Made by a program: the position numbers and the translations under genes. Below the pieces are notes generated by a model, which did no database searches, had not been told where the DNA came from, and saw only the letters and a program-made list of their open reading frames with translations. A stretch of 64,000 nucleotides of DNA from a virus. Lineage: Duplodnaviria > Caudoviricetes. The DNA is taken from positions 9,230-73,229 of IMG/VR virus record IMGVR_UViG_3300007770_001239; one strand, 5' to 3'. Positions 26,320 to 36,614 of the stretch are shown here, in pieces (position 1 is the stretch's first letter; the number at the start of each line of letters is the position of its first letter).

Positions 26320-27217
26320 AGATTTCAAAAAGGTTATCATATGGGGGTTACCCCTCCATTCTCATACGCACAGTTATATTCATGATTGTTTTTTTAAGGC
26401 TTTTACGTCTATGGGCTACGATACCGTGTGGGTTGATAAGACACAAGAGAAAATTGATAATTCATTTTTAGATAATTCTCTGGTGATTGTTTGTGGTGTT
26501 GATTGTCAAACATTAAGCGTAAATGAAAACTGTTTTTACGTTCTTCATAATGTTGATGATTACCGCTTTAGGCAAGGTGATAATTTCATGAATCTGCAAG
26601 TTTATACTAAGGATACGTTACTACCAGAAAGAAAAGCTCAAAAGTTATCAACATTCACGTATTGGCAAGAGAGCGAGAAATGCCTGTATCAACCCTGGGC
26701 AACCGATTTGTTACCAGAAGAAATGATTTATGATCCAGTTCCTGCACCAGAAGTTAACAGAGTTGTTAATTGGGTGGGATCGATTACAGATGGTGAGCAA
26801 GGGAATTTTCGACAAGTCCAAGAATACGCACAACAGCTTGCTGTAAGCTATAATATTCCTGTTCACGCTCATAGGGGTGTCGATAGAGATGGAATGATTA
26901 AGCTAGTTCGTGGATCAAATCAAGCTCCAGCGATTGTTGCGGGATGGCAAAAAGAGAACATGTACGTTCCATGTAGATTATTCAAGAATATCTCGTACGG
27001 TCAACCGACATTCTCTAACAGTCCTGTTGTTGAGGAGCTTTGTGGTTCAGAATATTTTGAAGAAGACTGTGCAAAGTTGGCGATAAAGAATCATGAGTAT
27101 CTTCAAAACAGGGATTTTGAAAAAGAAAATGAGCTTTTACAATTTATAAAGAAAGAGCACACGTATGTCAATAGGTGCAATCGTATTTTAGAGCTCGCTG
27201 GAGGAATAAGGAAGTGA
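26309..27217 (+). CDS. GT-B-like glycosyltransferase (CgeB/Glyco_trans_1_2-like C-terminus)
   Basis: VPCRLFKNISYG, KEHTYVNRCNRIL; island context. Confidence 0.55.
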   Translation: MTNKDFKKVIIWGLPLHSHTHSYIHDCFFKAFTSMGYDTVWVDKTQEKIDNSFLDNSLVIVCGVDCQTLSVNENCFYVLHNVDDYRFRQGDNFMNLQVYTKDTLLPERKAQKLSTFTYWQESEKCLYQPWATDLLPEEMIYDPVPAPEVNRVVNWVGSITDGEQGNFRQVQEYAQQLAVSYNIPVHAHRGVDRDGMIKLVRGSNQAPAIVAGWQKENMYVPCRLFKNISYGQPTFSNSPVVEELCGSEYFEEDCAKLAIKNHEYLQNRDFEKENELLQFIKKEHTYVNRCNRILELAGGIRK

Positions 27218-28032
27218 GTGGATCTGAATCGACTGTCAACATTTGCATTTTTTCTAGAAATCGACCATTACAGCTTCAAGCTTTGTTACGGTCTGTGAAG
27301 TCATTTGTGCACCCGCATGGAGATATCACTATTCTTCATCGTTATGATGAAGAGTATAACCCTGCGCTAGCCGAGGTGAAAGAGCAATTTCAGGAATGTA
27401 AGTTTATAGAAGATGATAATTTCAAGCATCAAGTTTGTTCATTCTTGGAGGCCTCGGCGAATAATTGCTTTTTCTTGGTAGACGACATTGTATTTCGGCG
27501 ACCTGTTGACATGCATCTTTGTGATAGCATTCTTGAAAGTAATCCTGACGTTTTAACGATATCATTACGTCTCGGTCTTCATCTGAATCATTGTTATCCA
27601 GTCAGCTCCTGGCAGAAAATTCCAGATGGGCAGGTTCAGCAAGGATTTTTCTTATGGCCTTGGCGAGCGGGCATGCACGATTGGGGATATCCCTTTTCGG
27701 TAGATGGTCACATCTTTCGAGCAAAGCAAATACTGAATTATATCAGACACTTAGAGTTTACAACCCCGAATTCTTTTGAGGCAGAGATGCAAAAGATTCC
27801 GCATTATTTCGCGGTGCCGAATCTTACTATCTGTAATGTAGAGTCTTGTTTATTCAACAATCCGTTAAATCGCGTACAGGATGCATTTCAAAATAGGAGC
27901 GGGAATGTTACAACTGAAGAATTATTGGCTAAGTGGAATGAAGGTCTAGAGATTGATATTGATAAATTGGCTAGACTAATTCCGAATGGTGCTCATTTCG
28001 TTGCAGAACTTCCCTTTAGAGAACGAAAATGA
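27214..28032 (+). CDS. GT-A-like glycosyltransferase
   Basis: IFSRNRPLQLQALL, FLVDDIVF, DWGYPFSVDGHIF; GTG start at 27214 overlapping the upstream TGA, with GGAGG SD. Confidence 0.55.
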   Translation: MSGSESTVNICIFSRNRPLQLQALLRSVKSFVHPHGDITILHRYDEEYNPALAEVKEQFQECKFIEDDNFKHQVCSFLEASANNCFFLVDDIVFRRPVDMHLCDSILESNPDVLTISLRLGLHLNHCYPVSSWQKIPDGQVQQGFFLWPWRAGMHDWGYPFSVDGHIFRAKQILNYIRHLEFTTPNSFEAEMQKIPHYFAVPNLTICNVESCLFNNPLNRVQDAFQNRSGNVTTEELLAKWNEGLEIDIDKLARLIPNGAHFVAELPFRERK

Positions 28033-28784
28033 AAGATTACCACATAGGAATATTGACGATTGCGACTGGGAAATATATAAAATTTCTTCCCAATCTTTAC
28101 GCTTCCATCAACAAGAATTTTTTAGTTGAGAATAAAATTACATGTTATCTATTCACTGATGATATCGAAGCCGCGAAAGCTTTGGTCCCTTCCACTAGAT
28201 TATCTCATCAATATTTCCATATTGAGAGACAAGGATTCCCGGGAGATACGCTTTATAGGTACAAGCATTTTTCTACTTTAGACGATCGACTTACAGAAAA
28301 GCCTGACTTCTTATTTTACTCGGACGCTGATATGCTCGTCGTTTCCGATGTGGGACCAGAGGTGATTCCAGAAGAGAGAGTTGGGCTAACGGCAACAGCT
28401 CATCCAGGATTTTATTTATACCGAACACCACAGCACCCATTAGGTACCCCAGAAGATCGTCCAGAATCAAAAGCGTATGTTGATCCAAGTCGCTATCGTC
28501 CCTATTACGTCGCTGGTGGATTCAACGGCGGCGCATATGAAGCATTTGTAAAGATGTCAAAAGAGATATCAGCCAACATCGATGATGATTATTCTCGTGG
28601 AATTATTGCAGTGTGGCATGATGAATCTCATCTTAATGAATATGTCACTCGTCCAGAGAACCTACAGAATCTTAAGATAATGACACCGTCATATTGCTTC
28701 GCAGAATATAACAACCCTCGTGAAGTCGGGTATCCTGCTAGAATCGTTGCGCTAGACAAAAATCATGATGAGGTTCGTTCATGA
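28029..28784 (+). CDS. GT6-family (ABO blood-group-type) glycosyltransferase
   Basis: IATGKYIKF, FYSDADM (DXD), YYVAGGFNGG, IAVWHDESHLN. Confidence 0.9.
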   Translation: MKDYHIGILTIATGKYIKFLPNLYASINKNFLVENKITCYLFTDDIEAAKALVPSTRLSHQYFHIERQGFPGDTLYRYKHFSTLDDRLTEKPDFLFYSDADMLVVSDVGPEVIPEERVGLTATAHPGFYLYRTPQHPLGTPEDRPESKAYVDPSRYRPYYVAGGFNGGAYEAFVKMSKEISANIDDDYSRGIIAVWHDESHLNEYVTRPENLQNLKIMTPSYCFAEYNNPREVGYPARIVALDKNHDEVRS

Positions 28785-29518
28785 ATAATCTGGTAAGTGT
28801 AATAATCCCATACAGGAATGCAGAGAAGTATATTTTTCAAACATTGGAAGCGGTGCTAGCACAGACTTATAGCAATTTTGAGTTATTGTGTGTAGACAAT
28901 GGTTCTTCAGATGACAGTACTTCTGTAGTTAGAGATTTTGCAAATAACGATGATAGAATTTGTGAATTAGAATTTCCCCATGCTGGAAAAAGTCTTGCTT
29001 TAAATTACGGTCTCTCCCGGGCGACGGGAGCATGGATCGCAATTTGTGATGCTGATGATACGTGGGATTCAGAGAAATTAGAAAAGCAAGCTCTGTTCAT
29101 GGATCGATTTCCGGAATATGATGTTATCGGTACTCAGATGAGATATGTTAATGATGCTGGTGCGCAATTCAAAGAAGCGCCATTTCTACCCTTACATCAT
29201 GATGGAATTTGTGAGTCGATTTTTAAGCGTAAAGAAAATCCTGTATGTAACAGCAGCGTAATGTATAAAAAATCTCTACATGATGTGCACGTTGGATTTT
29301 ATGATCCTCTCTGTGCAGTAGAGGATTATGACCTCTGGTCAAGATGCGCTTTTGCTGGACTTAAGTTCGCTAATTTAGAGGATGTATTAGTTTCTCATCG
29401 ATTGCACGATAATTCAAATTTTAATAGCTCAAGAAAACAATCATATCACAAGCAGCTTGTAGATGCGAAGATAGACGCTTATAATTCTATTGAAGAAGCG
29501 TTGGCGGAGAAAGAATGA
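28781..29518 (+). CDS. GT2 glycosyltransferase
   Basis: VSVIIPYRNAE, VDNGSSDDS, ICDADDTW, EDYDLW. Confidence 0.9.
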   Translation: MNNLVSVIIPYRNAEKYIFQTLEAVLAQTYSNFELLCVDNGSSDDSTSVVRDFANNDDRICELEFPHAGKSLALNYGLSRATGAWIAICDADDTWDSEKLEKQALFMDRFPEYDVIGTQMRYVNDAGAQFKEAPFLPLHHDGICESIFKRKENPVCNSSVMYKKSLHDVHVGFYDPLCAVEDYDLWSRCAFAGLKFANLEDVLVSHRLHDNSNFNSSRKQSYHKQLVDAKIDAYNSIEEALAEKE

Positions 29519-30015
29519 ATTTAAGCGAAGTCGTTCAAGCAATCAATGAGATAGATCCAAGCGATGTTGCTGAGTTAAAGTCGTTGGTTGGAAAATACAC
29601 TGACATTATTATGATTGGAAATGGCGGGAGTAATGCAATCTGTTCTCACATTGCGCAAGACTATACAAAGATGCTCGGGAAACGCGCATTTGCATTTTCT
29701 GATGCTTCTCGTTTAACGTGTTATATCAACGATTTTGGGATGGAGAATGCGTATGAACGATTCATTGCAGATTTTGAGACTATTGATACACTAGTCGTTT
29801 TAGTATCTTCTTCGGGGAATTCTAAGAATATCTTAAATTGCGCAAAACATTGTGTAGCAGAAAATATCCCTTTCATTATTTTAACAGGGTTTGACGATTT
29901 TAATGAGCTTAGATCGAATTATGCTACAGCTGCAGAAATAGACATGCATGTGAATTCAAGGTCTTACGGTGTGGTTGAATGTGTTCATCAGGTTTTTCTA
30001 CATACACCAGTGTGA
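29515..30015 (+). CDS. gmhA: Phosphoheptose isomerase (SIS domain)
   Basis: IGNGGSNAICSHIAQD, TCYINDFG, SSSGNSKNI, YGVVECVH. Confidence 0.82.
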   Translation: MNLSEVVQAINEIDPSDVAELKSLVGKYTDIIMIGNGGSNAICSHIAQDYTKMLGKRAFAFSDASRLTCYINDFGMENAYERFIADFETIDTLVVLVSSSGNSKNILNCAKHCVAENIPFIILTGFDDFNELRSNYATAAEIDMHVNSRSYGVVECVHQVFLHTPV

Positions 30016-30024
30016 GGAGTTTTT

Positions 30025-30345
30025 ATGATTTATTGTTTTGACATTGATGGTACAATTTGTACATTGGAAAAAAATAGCCAGTATAAGAATGCGAAACCTT
30101 TTGCTGGAATGATTTCTAAGATTAACGATTTGTATGAGCAGGGCCACACGATAAAATTTTTTACTGCAAGAGGATGTAATTCTGGGATTGACCACACCGA
30201 TCTGACAACGAATCAGCTAAAGGGGTGGGGTGTAAATTATCATGAATTAATCATGAACCGTAAACCCCATTATGATTTATTGATAGATGATAAAGCTGTA
30301 AACGTTGAAGATTGGATGAGATGTATGGGGATAAGAGATGTTTAG
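30025..30345 (+). CDS. Small HAD phosphatase (capsule-biosynthesis/GmhB-like role)
   Basis: FDIDGTIC, FTARG, KPHYDLLIDDKA. Confidence 0.82.
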   Translation: MIYCFDIDGTICTLEKNSQYKNAKPFAGMISKINDLYEQGHTIKFFTARGCNSGIDHTDLTTNQLKGWGVNYHELIMNRKPHYDLLIDDKAVNVEDWMRCMGIRDV

Positions 30346-31219
30346 CGTTTTATTACCAGTCTATAATGGGGAGCGATGGCTTGGAGAAGCAATTCAGTCT
30401 GTTATGGATCAAACATTTAAAGAATTTGAGTGCCTCATCTTATGTAACGGGTGTACAGATAGCTCTGCTGATATTGCAACGGAAATGACCGCCGACGATG
30501 ATAGATTTGTAGTACATAAATTACATTTAGCTAATAAAGCAAACGCCTTGAATTTTGGTGTATGTTTTTCAAAGCATCAATGGTTAGCTCCAATCGATGC
30601 AGATGATAAGTGGCTTCCAGAAAAGCTCCAGACACAATATAATTTTATTTCACAAAATCCCGCAGTTGACATAATCGGTACCCAGTTAGATTATTTCGGT
30701 ACGCTTGAGTGTGCAGCACCTCGAAATCCTTGTTCACATGATGAGATATATGAGTGTTATTCGAGAGGAAAGAATCCGCTCCCGTTTCCCTCAGTTGTTT
30801 ATAAGAAGAATGTGCACTTAAGAGGTGTGGGGTTTTTTAATACTTCACACTTTGTCATAGAGGATTACGATTTCTGGCAACGCTGTCGTCACAGCGGTAT
30901 GATCATGGTCAATCTTCCTAATGTGCTGTTACATTATAGAATACATGGTAATGCTGCAAATTCTCGTGTGAAAGATCAAAAGAAGCAAGACGGTGGCGTT
31001 ACCACAGAAAGTATACAGACAGACAGCATTGTGACGGCACGTCAGACTATCGCAAAAGCCATAACAGATGCGATGTACGTGAGCTGTGATGATGTTGAAA
31101 AGATGCCCACAAGTTGGGGTTTAATTGGATTTTTAAGAAAATTTGATAGACAATACCCAAAGGGAGATGGCACCCCAGTTAATTCTACAGATAACATGAA
31201 GGTGGATCATGAAGATTAA
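30338..31219 (+). CDS. GT2 glycosyltransferase
   Basis: FSVLLPVYNGE, PIDADDKW, EDYDFW. Confidence 0.88.
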   Translation: MFSVLLPVYNGERWLGEAIQSVMDQTFKEFECLILCNGCTDSSADIATEMTADDDRFVVHKLHLANKANALNFGVCFSKHQWLAPIDADDKWLPEKLQTQYNFISQNPAVDIIGTQLDYFGTLECAAPRNPCSHDEIYECYSRGKNPLPFPSVVYKKNVHLRGVGFFNTSHFVIEDYDFWQRCRHSGMIMVNLPNVLLHYRIHGNAANSRVKDQKKQDGGVTTESIQTDSIVTARQTIAKAITDAMYVSCDDVEKMPTSWGLIGFLRKFDRQYPKGDGTPVNSTDNMKVDHED

Positions 31220-32081
31220 ATTATTAGCATCACAGCGATCAGCTCGTGGTCCAGGAATGGTGTACAAGAACCTTAGAAAAGGTCTTGAGGCCCTAGATAT
31301 TGAAGTTGCAAATTACCCGGTTCGTATTGAAGAAGAGTGTGACTATACAGTTAGTCTTTCACATCCTTCGCCTTGGGAAAAGTCTGGGGTGGATAGTAAT
31401 TCTATTTGCGTTATTGGACCGAATATCTGGGAAATTCCTGAAGAAGCCACAGCTGCCAAGTATAGTGATATAATTGTACCATCTCAATGGGTCAAGACCT
31501 TTTATGAAACATTTGATTTTATGAAAGATAAAAATATCCACATCTGGCCAGTGGGAATTGATACTGAAGACTGGACTCCGGCTTTGCCCGAGCAAAAAAA
31601 GGGCGATTGCTTGATTTACTACAAGGCTGCCCCTAAGCAGTATCTTGATCAAGCTGCTGAGATGTGTATTAAGGCTGGGCTGTCATTTGGGATATTGGAG
31701 TATGGGAAATATCATGAGGATGCTCTTCGACAAGCAGCAGAGCAATGCAAATTTTGCATTCTAGTTACAAGAACAGAAAGTCAGGGTATCGCGTATCTGC
31801 AGGTGCTATCAGCGAATTTACCATGTTTTGTCTTTGAGAAAGAAGTGTGGGATGATCGTAGCGATGGTGTATCATGTCCAGCAACAGCTGTCCCGTATTT
31901 CGATGAAACGTGTGGCGTAAAGGTTTCACAGTCTGCTACACTAGAAGAAAAACTAGAGAAGTTTTCAGAATTTTTAGAGAATTTAGAAAATTTTGCACCT
32001 CGTGATTACGTGACTAGCAATCTTGGATTGGAGGATTGTGCAAAGAAATTCGTAGATATTCTGGAGAGTACAGATGAGTAA
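31209..32081 (+). CDS. GT-B/GT4-like glycosyltransferase
   Basis: IIVPSQWV, WPVGIDT, TESQGIAYLQVLSANLP. Confidence 0.7.
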   Translation: MKIKLLASQRSARGPGMVYKNLRKGLEALDIEVANYPVRIEEECDYTVSLSHPSPWEKSGVDSNSICVIGPNIWEIPEEATAAKYSDIIVPSQWVKTFYETFDFMKDKNIHIWPVGIDTEDWTPALPEQKKGDCLIYYKAAPKQYLDQAAEMCIKAGLSFGILEYGKYHEDALRQAAEQCKFCILVTRTESQGIAYLQVLSANLPCFVFEKEVWDDRSDGVSCPATAVPYFDETCGVKVSQSATLEEKLEKFSEFLENLENFAPRDYVTSNLGLEDCAKKFVDILESTDE

Positions 32082-32916
32082 AAAAGTTAGCTCAATAACG
32101 CCGTGTTATAAAGGTGGAAAATATCTCGCTGGATTTTTGAACAATGTAGCATCTCAGACAATGCTAGATGATATCGAAATTGTCTTAGACCATAATGCTC
32201 CCGAAAAGTGGGAGATCGAAATGGTTCAGAAATTTCAGGAAGAATATCCTGGTGTTGTGAAGCATGTTGTGAAAGATCACGTTGATAATATTGGTAGATC
32301 TATGAATGATTGCTGGTCTGCTGCGTCTGGAGACTATGTCGCGATTTGGAATATTGATGATTTGCGGGTCCCAAACTCATTAGAACTGCAGGCAACATTT
32401 TTGGATGAAAATCCAGACTACGGTGTCGTTCATGGAAATTTTGTTGTTGTTAATACATTTGGTTCTGGTACTGGAAGACTAGTAGATCATTCTCAATATT
32501 GTACACCCCACCCAGAGCTGACTAGAGGAATGGTGACAGGACCATTTCTAATGTGGAGAAGAAGTCTAAAAGACGTGTGCGGAATGTTCGATGAACAACT
32601 TGTTTCAGGCGCCGATTTTGATCTATCAGTTCGTCTTTGTGCTACAATGAAGACAATGGGCATTAATGAAATTTTGGGTGCATATCTTGATGAGGGCAAA
32701 GGCGCCAGTACCCGACCGGATACAAAACAACCTCTCGAGCGAACAGTCATAGAGCTTCGTTACGGGATATATGATAAAATTGATCCCAGATTTTTAGAAG
32801 AAGCAAGACAGAAATATGATATTGATAATCTGATTTGGTATGAAAATAAAACAGACGTTTCAACTACAATAACCGAATTTTTGGATTTTAGGAAAAAGAA
32901 CAACAGGAAAATATAA
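32074..32916 (+). CDS. GT2 glycosyltransferase
   Basis: VSSITPCYKG, AIWNIDDLR, GPFLMWRR, GADFDLSVR. Confidence 0.85.
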   Translation: MSKKVSSITPCYKGGKYLAGFLNNVASQTMLDDIEIVLDHNAPEKWEIEMVQKFQEEYPGVVKHVVKDHVDNIGRSMNDCWSAASGDYVAIWNIDDLRVPNSLELQATFLDENPDYGVVHGNFVVVNTFGSGTGRLVDHSQYCTPHPELTRGMVTGPFLMWRRSLKDVCGMFDEQLVSGADFDLSVRLCATMKTMGINEILGAYLDEGKGASTRPDTKQPLERTVIELRYGIYDKIDPRFLEEARQKYDIDNLIWYENKTDVSTTITEFLDFRKKNNRKI

Positions 32917-33620
32917 TGCTAAGTGAAGTGCTTCAGAAAGTGATAGAAGAGACTAGAGAAAATCCCCATGTTGAATGGAATGATCATGAATGGCCTGAGC
33001 TTGTTAATAAAGATCCTGAGTTTTCAGTGTACATGAATAATGAACCGATCGTACAGTCTCCTGGTGAGCCAGCCCAGAAGTGTCATGGCTATTTTGCATT
33101 ACTCCATAATCTTGTCTCCAATCTCCCTGCTAATACAACAATTTTTGAATTAGGAAATCGAGAGGGTCTTTCAACTATAGCAATTTTAGATTCACTAAAG
33201 CCTTCGCACGTTTTTGTGACGTACGACATTGTGGCAGACTTGAGATTTGTCAATGCAGATAAGGCGCTAGAATTAAAAAATATCTTCTGGCCGACAATTG
33301 AAGACGTCTTAGGAGAAAATGCACAAAAGTTTGCTGAATGGATTTGCGATCGGTACGGAAAAATAAGTCTTTTATTTTGCGATACTCTTCACACGTATGA
33401 ACAGCTTTCAGCTGAAGTGAAAGTATTTGAGAGATTTCTTTGTGATGAAGCAATTATTCTTGTTGACGATATTCAAAATAATTTCGATCATCCTAACAAG
33501 GCTTATCATAGAGACAAGTATCGATTTTTTGAAGAGTGGGAAGGGGAGAAATATGATTTGACTGATTTCTGTCATAACCCCTCCGGCTTTGCAGCGTTTG
33601 TGTATCGGAGAGAAAAATGA
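32916..33620 (+). CDS. Class I SAM methyltransferase (Methyltransf_24/CmcI-like), probable sugar O-methyltransferase
   Basis: IFELGNREGLST, LLFCDTLHTYEQ, ILVDDI. Confidence 0.78.
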   Translation: MLSEVLQKVIEETRENPHVEWNDHEWPELVNKDPEFSVYMNNEPIVQSPGEPAQKCHGYFALLHNLVSNLPANTTIFELGNREGLSTIAILDSLKPSHVFVTYDIVADLRFVNADKALELKNIFWPTIEDVLGENAQKFAEWICDRYGKISLLFCDTLHTYEQLSAEVKVFERFLCDEAIILVDDIQNNFDHPNKAYHRDKYRFFEEWEGEKYDLTDFCHNPSGFAAFVYRREK

Positions 33621-34528
33621 AGATTGTAGGAATATTACCTGTCAAAAATGAAGAATGGATTTTACCCACATTTCTCTCTAATGTCATGCCGATTGTTGAC
33701 GAGCTAATTGTTATTGATGACGGCTCAACAGATAATAGTAAGAAAATACTAGAAGAAGCCGGCGCAACGATAAAGGGCTATGATGACACGGAGCAGTTAA
33801 AAGGAGGTTGGCCCTGTGGCTTAATTCGAAGCCATCTTTTTCGGTATGCTAGAGAAGCTGGAGGTACACATTTTTTGTGTCTAGATGCGGATGAGACCTT
33901 CACGACTAATTTTGTGCCCGTCGCAAGAAACCTTATATCTCAGCTACAACCAGGTCAGAAATTAGCGATGCACTGGCTGGCTTTGTGGCAAAGCTATACT
34001 CACTTTCGTCATGATGCAACTGTTTGGAGCAATAACTGGAAAGACTTTGTTGTTTGTGATGATCCTGCGTTGACGTATGATTACAACTATATGGCAGAAG
34101 GCCGAACCCTGGGAACGAATGAAGGAACATGGGTCCGACTACCAACGCAGCAGGGCGCAGTCATGCATTACCAATTTGCTACCCTCAATAATTTTTTACT
34201 TAAGCAAGCCTGGTGTCAATGCGGCGAACTTGTCCAGAAGCCAGGTCATGCGACATCAATTCGCGGCAAGTATTCTATAACTCTACTTACGAACAACGTC
34301 GGAATAGCAGAAATGCCTCAAGAGTGGTATGCAAATGTACCAGTTCCGGAGGTGCCAAATTACGACCCTACATGGGATGAGAAGTGGTTTATGAGAAAAG
34401 ATTTGCTCCCGGGATTAATGAAGTATTTTGATGATTATGGCGCAGAATACTTTAGAGACTTGGACATCTGGCACATACCACAGCTGGCAGAAAGATACAT
34501 AAGCGAAACAGGAAAAGAGCCAAGATGA
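33617..34528 (+). CDS. GT2-like glycosyltransferase
   Basis: ILPVKNEEW, VIDDGSTDNS, LCLDADE, VMHYQF. Confidence 0.85.
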   Translation: MKIVGILPVKNEEWILPTFLSNVMPIVDELIVIDDGSTDNSKKILEEAGATIKGYDDTEQLKGGWPCGLIRSHLFRYAREAGGTHFLCLDADETFTTNFVPVARNLISQLQPGQKLAMHWLALWQSYTHFRHDATVWSNNWKDFVVCDDPALTYDYNYMAEGRTLGTNEGTWVRLPTQQGAVMHYQFATLNNFLLKQAWCQCGELVQKPGHATSIRGKYSITLLTNNVGIAEMPQEWYANVPVPEVPNYDPTWDEKWFMRKDLLPGLMKYFDDYGAEYFRDLDIWHIPQLAERYISETGKEPR

Positions 34529-35622
34529 CAAAAAAGAAGATCGCCTTTATTAAGTTCGGGGGTTTAGCCTGCGGGGGAACAGAGAAGCACCTACAAACGT
34601 TAGCAGCAAATTTACCTGCAGCACAATTTGATGTGACATATTTTTATTGCGATGCAGCGCCCTATATCGGAAGTGATTTCAAACATATCGATACGGACCC
34701 ATTTCGCCAAGCTTACATGGAAAAGTCTAATGTGAAATTAGTAAAGTTCTCTGTGGGGTTTAAGGACGTTACCGTTGGTACACACGATTGGGTGGACACT
34801 AATTTTTGGGATATTTTCAATGAGGAAGATTTTGATATAATCCAAACCGGGAGATCCGGCCACCCAGAATATCCTTTCACACTAATAAATAAAACAACGA
34901 TTGTGGACTCTCTTCATTTGCCCGGGCATGTTGAAAACAAACCGAATGTAGCAAAAACAGTGCTCGTGTCCCCTGAGCAAAGAGATATTTGGGTTAAGAT
35001 TGGGGGTATAAAAGAAAACTGTATGGTAATCCCAAATGCAATAGAGATGCCCATAGTTTTAGAGAATTTAAGAAGTGAGCTCGGTTTCGATGAGGACACA
35101 ACAATCGCCGGGATGCACCAGCGACCTGATGATGGTATTTTCTCGCCCTGGCTAATTGCTTCATACGCGCTAACAAGAGACCCTAAGTTGCACCTGCTTG
35201 TTCTTGGTGGGTCTGACATATACAGGCAACATGCTGTGCATCTGAATATTCCGTCATCTCGTGTTACGTTTCTTCCCCCAACCGGAGATGTGGAATATAT
35301 CCATAAGTTTTTGAACACGCTAGACTTTTATACTCATGCTAGAAAAGATGGAGAGCAATGCTCAACAGCTCTGATGGAAGCGATGTTTCATGGGTTACCC
35401 ATCATCGGACACCCTGCACCCTCTATGGGTCATGAGATCCAAATAGGTAATTCGGGCTTTATTTGCAAGACTCCTGAAGATTATTCTGCAAAGATTTCAT
35501 TACTTTGCGATCGTGATACACGAGAGAAGCTTTCTATTCTCGCTAGACAGCGTTATGATGAAGAATATTCTTTAACATCAGTTGTAGATTCGTATGTTGA
35601 GCTATATAATACAATTACTTAG
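34525..35622 (+). CDS. GT4 glycosyltransferase
   Basis: GGLACGGTEK, IPNAI, GEQCSTALMEAMFHGLPII. Confidence 0.85.
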   Translation: MTKKKIAFIKFGGLACGGTEKHLQTLAANLPAAQFDVTYFYCDAAPYIGSDFKHIDTDPFRQAYMEKSNVKLVKFSVGFKDVTVGTHDWVDTNFWDIFNEEDFDIIQTGRSGHPEYPFTLINKTTIVDSLHLPGHVENKPNVAKTVLVSPEQRDIWVKIGGIKENCMVIPNAIEMPIVLENLRSELGFDEDTTIAGMHQRPDDGIFSPWLIASYALTRDPKLHLLVLGGSDIYRQHAVHLNIPSSRVTFLPPTGDVEYIHKFLNTLDFYTHARKDGEQCSTALMEAMFHGLPIIGHPAPSMGHEIQIGNSGFICKTPEDYSAKISLLCDRDTREKLSILARQRYDEEYSLTSVVDSYVELYNTIT

Positions 35623-35633
35623 TGTGAGGTTAG

Positions 35634-36578
35634 ATGATAATAGCAAAATGCCCATTACGAATTGGGCTTGTTGGAGGGTCTTCCGATCTTTCATCTTATA
35701 TTGCTGTGCACGGCCGAGGTGCTGCAGTCAACTTTTCTGTTAATCTCTACACGTACGTTACTCTCTCAAAAGATATCGGAGGCTTTAATGCGCTCCAGAA
35801 TCGTTATATTGTAGGCTATTCTAGACGTGAAGAAGTAGACGATATTTACAAAATCAAAAATGACGTCGTCCGAGAAGCTTTTTCTAATTTCGGAGTGACA
35901 CCCTGTACAACAATGTTGACGACTGATGTGTATTCTTCCGGCTCAGGTTTGGCATCTTCATCATCCTATATGATTTCATTGGTGTCCGCGATTCGAATGC
36001 TTCAGAATAAACCCGCTTCACGATATGAGATTTGCCATGAAGCCATGATTTTGGAACGAAAATTTAATCCATTGTTAGGGTGGCAGGATACGTTTGGGTG
36101 CGGCTTACCCGGCTTAAAGCGGTTTGATTTTTATGATACTACCCCTCCGAAATTTCGAAATCTTAAGACAAGCATTTTTGATAACGTCGGCATATACCTC
36201 TTACCCACAGGGGTTAACCGCTCTTCCACCCAGGTCTTAAAGACGATAAAGGTCCCTGCTGATGATAGTCTTCTATTTTTAGTTGATGATCTAGAGACAG
36301 CAATAAGAGATGAAAATTTGCTTGATTTTTCAAAAATTATGAAGGAGGGTTGGGAAAGAAAGAAGGCGGGATCTTCTAAAATTCTTGAGAATGAGAAAGT
36401 AAAATCAATTGATGAGGACTTAAGCGCCCAACCTGATGTGCTATGTCATAAGTTATGCGGTGCGGGTAATGGCGGATTTTTCTTATTCTTCAAGCCCAAT
36501 GATAAAAAAATGAAAATTCCAAAGGGAGCTATTAAAGTAAATGTAGACAATGATGGGTCGATGGCTATTCGTTTATGA
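35634..36578 (+). CDS. hddA: GHMP kinase, D-glycero-D-manno-heptose-7-phosphate kinase-like
   Basis: PLRIGLVGGSSD, SGSGLASSSS, GWQD, KLCGAGNGGF. Confidence 0.8.
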   Translation: MIIAKCPLRIGLVGGSSDLSSYIAVHGRGAAVNFSVNLYTYVTLSKDIGGFNALQNRYIVGYSRREEVDDIYKIKNDVVREAFSNFGVTPCTTMLTTDVYSSGSGLASSSSYMISLVSAIRMLQNKPASRYEICHEAMILERKFNPLLGWQDTFGCGLPGLKRFDFYDTTPPKFRNLKTSIFDNVGIYLLPTGVNRSSTQVLKTIKVPADDSLLFLVDDLETAIRDENLLDFSKIMKEGWERKKAGSSKILENEKVKSIDEDLSAQPDVLCHKLCGAGNGGFFLFFKPNDKKMKIPKGAIKVNVDNDGSMAIRL

Positions 36579-36614
36579 GCTGTATATTTTGGTTACAATG
36601 ACTGAGGAGAGATT

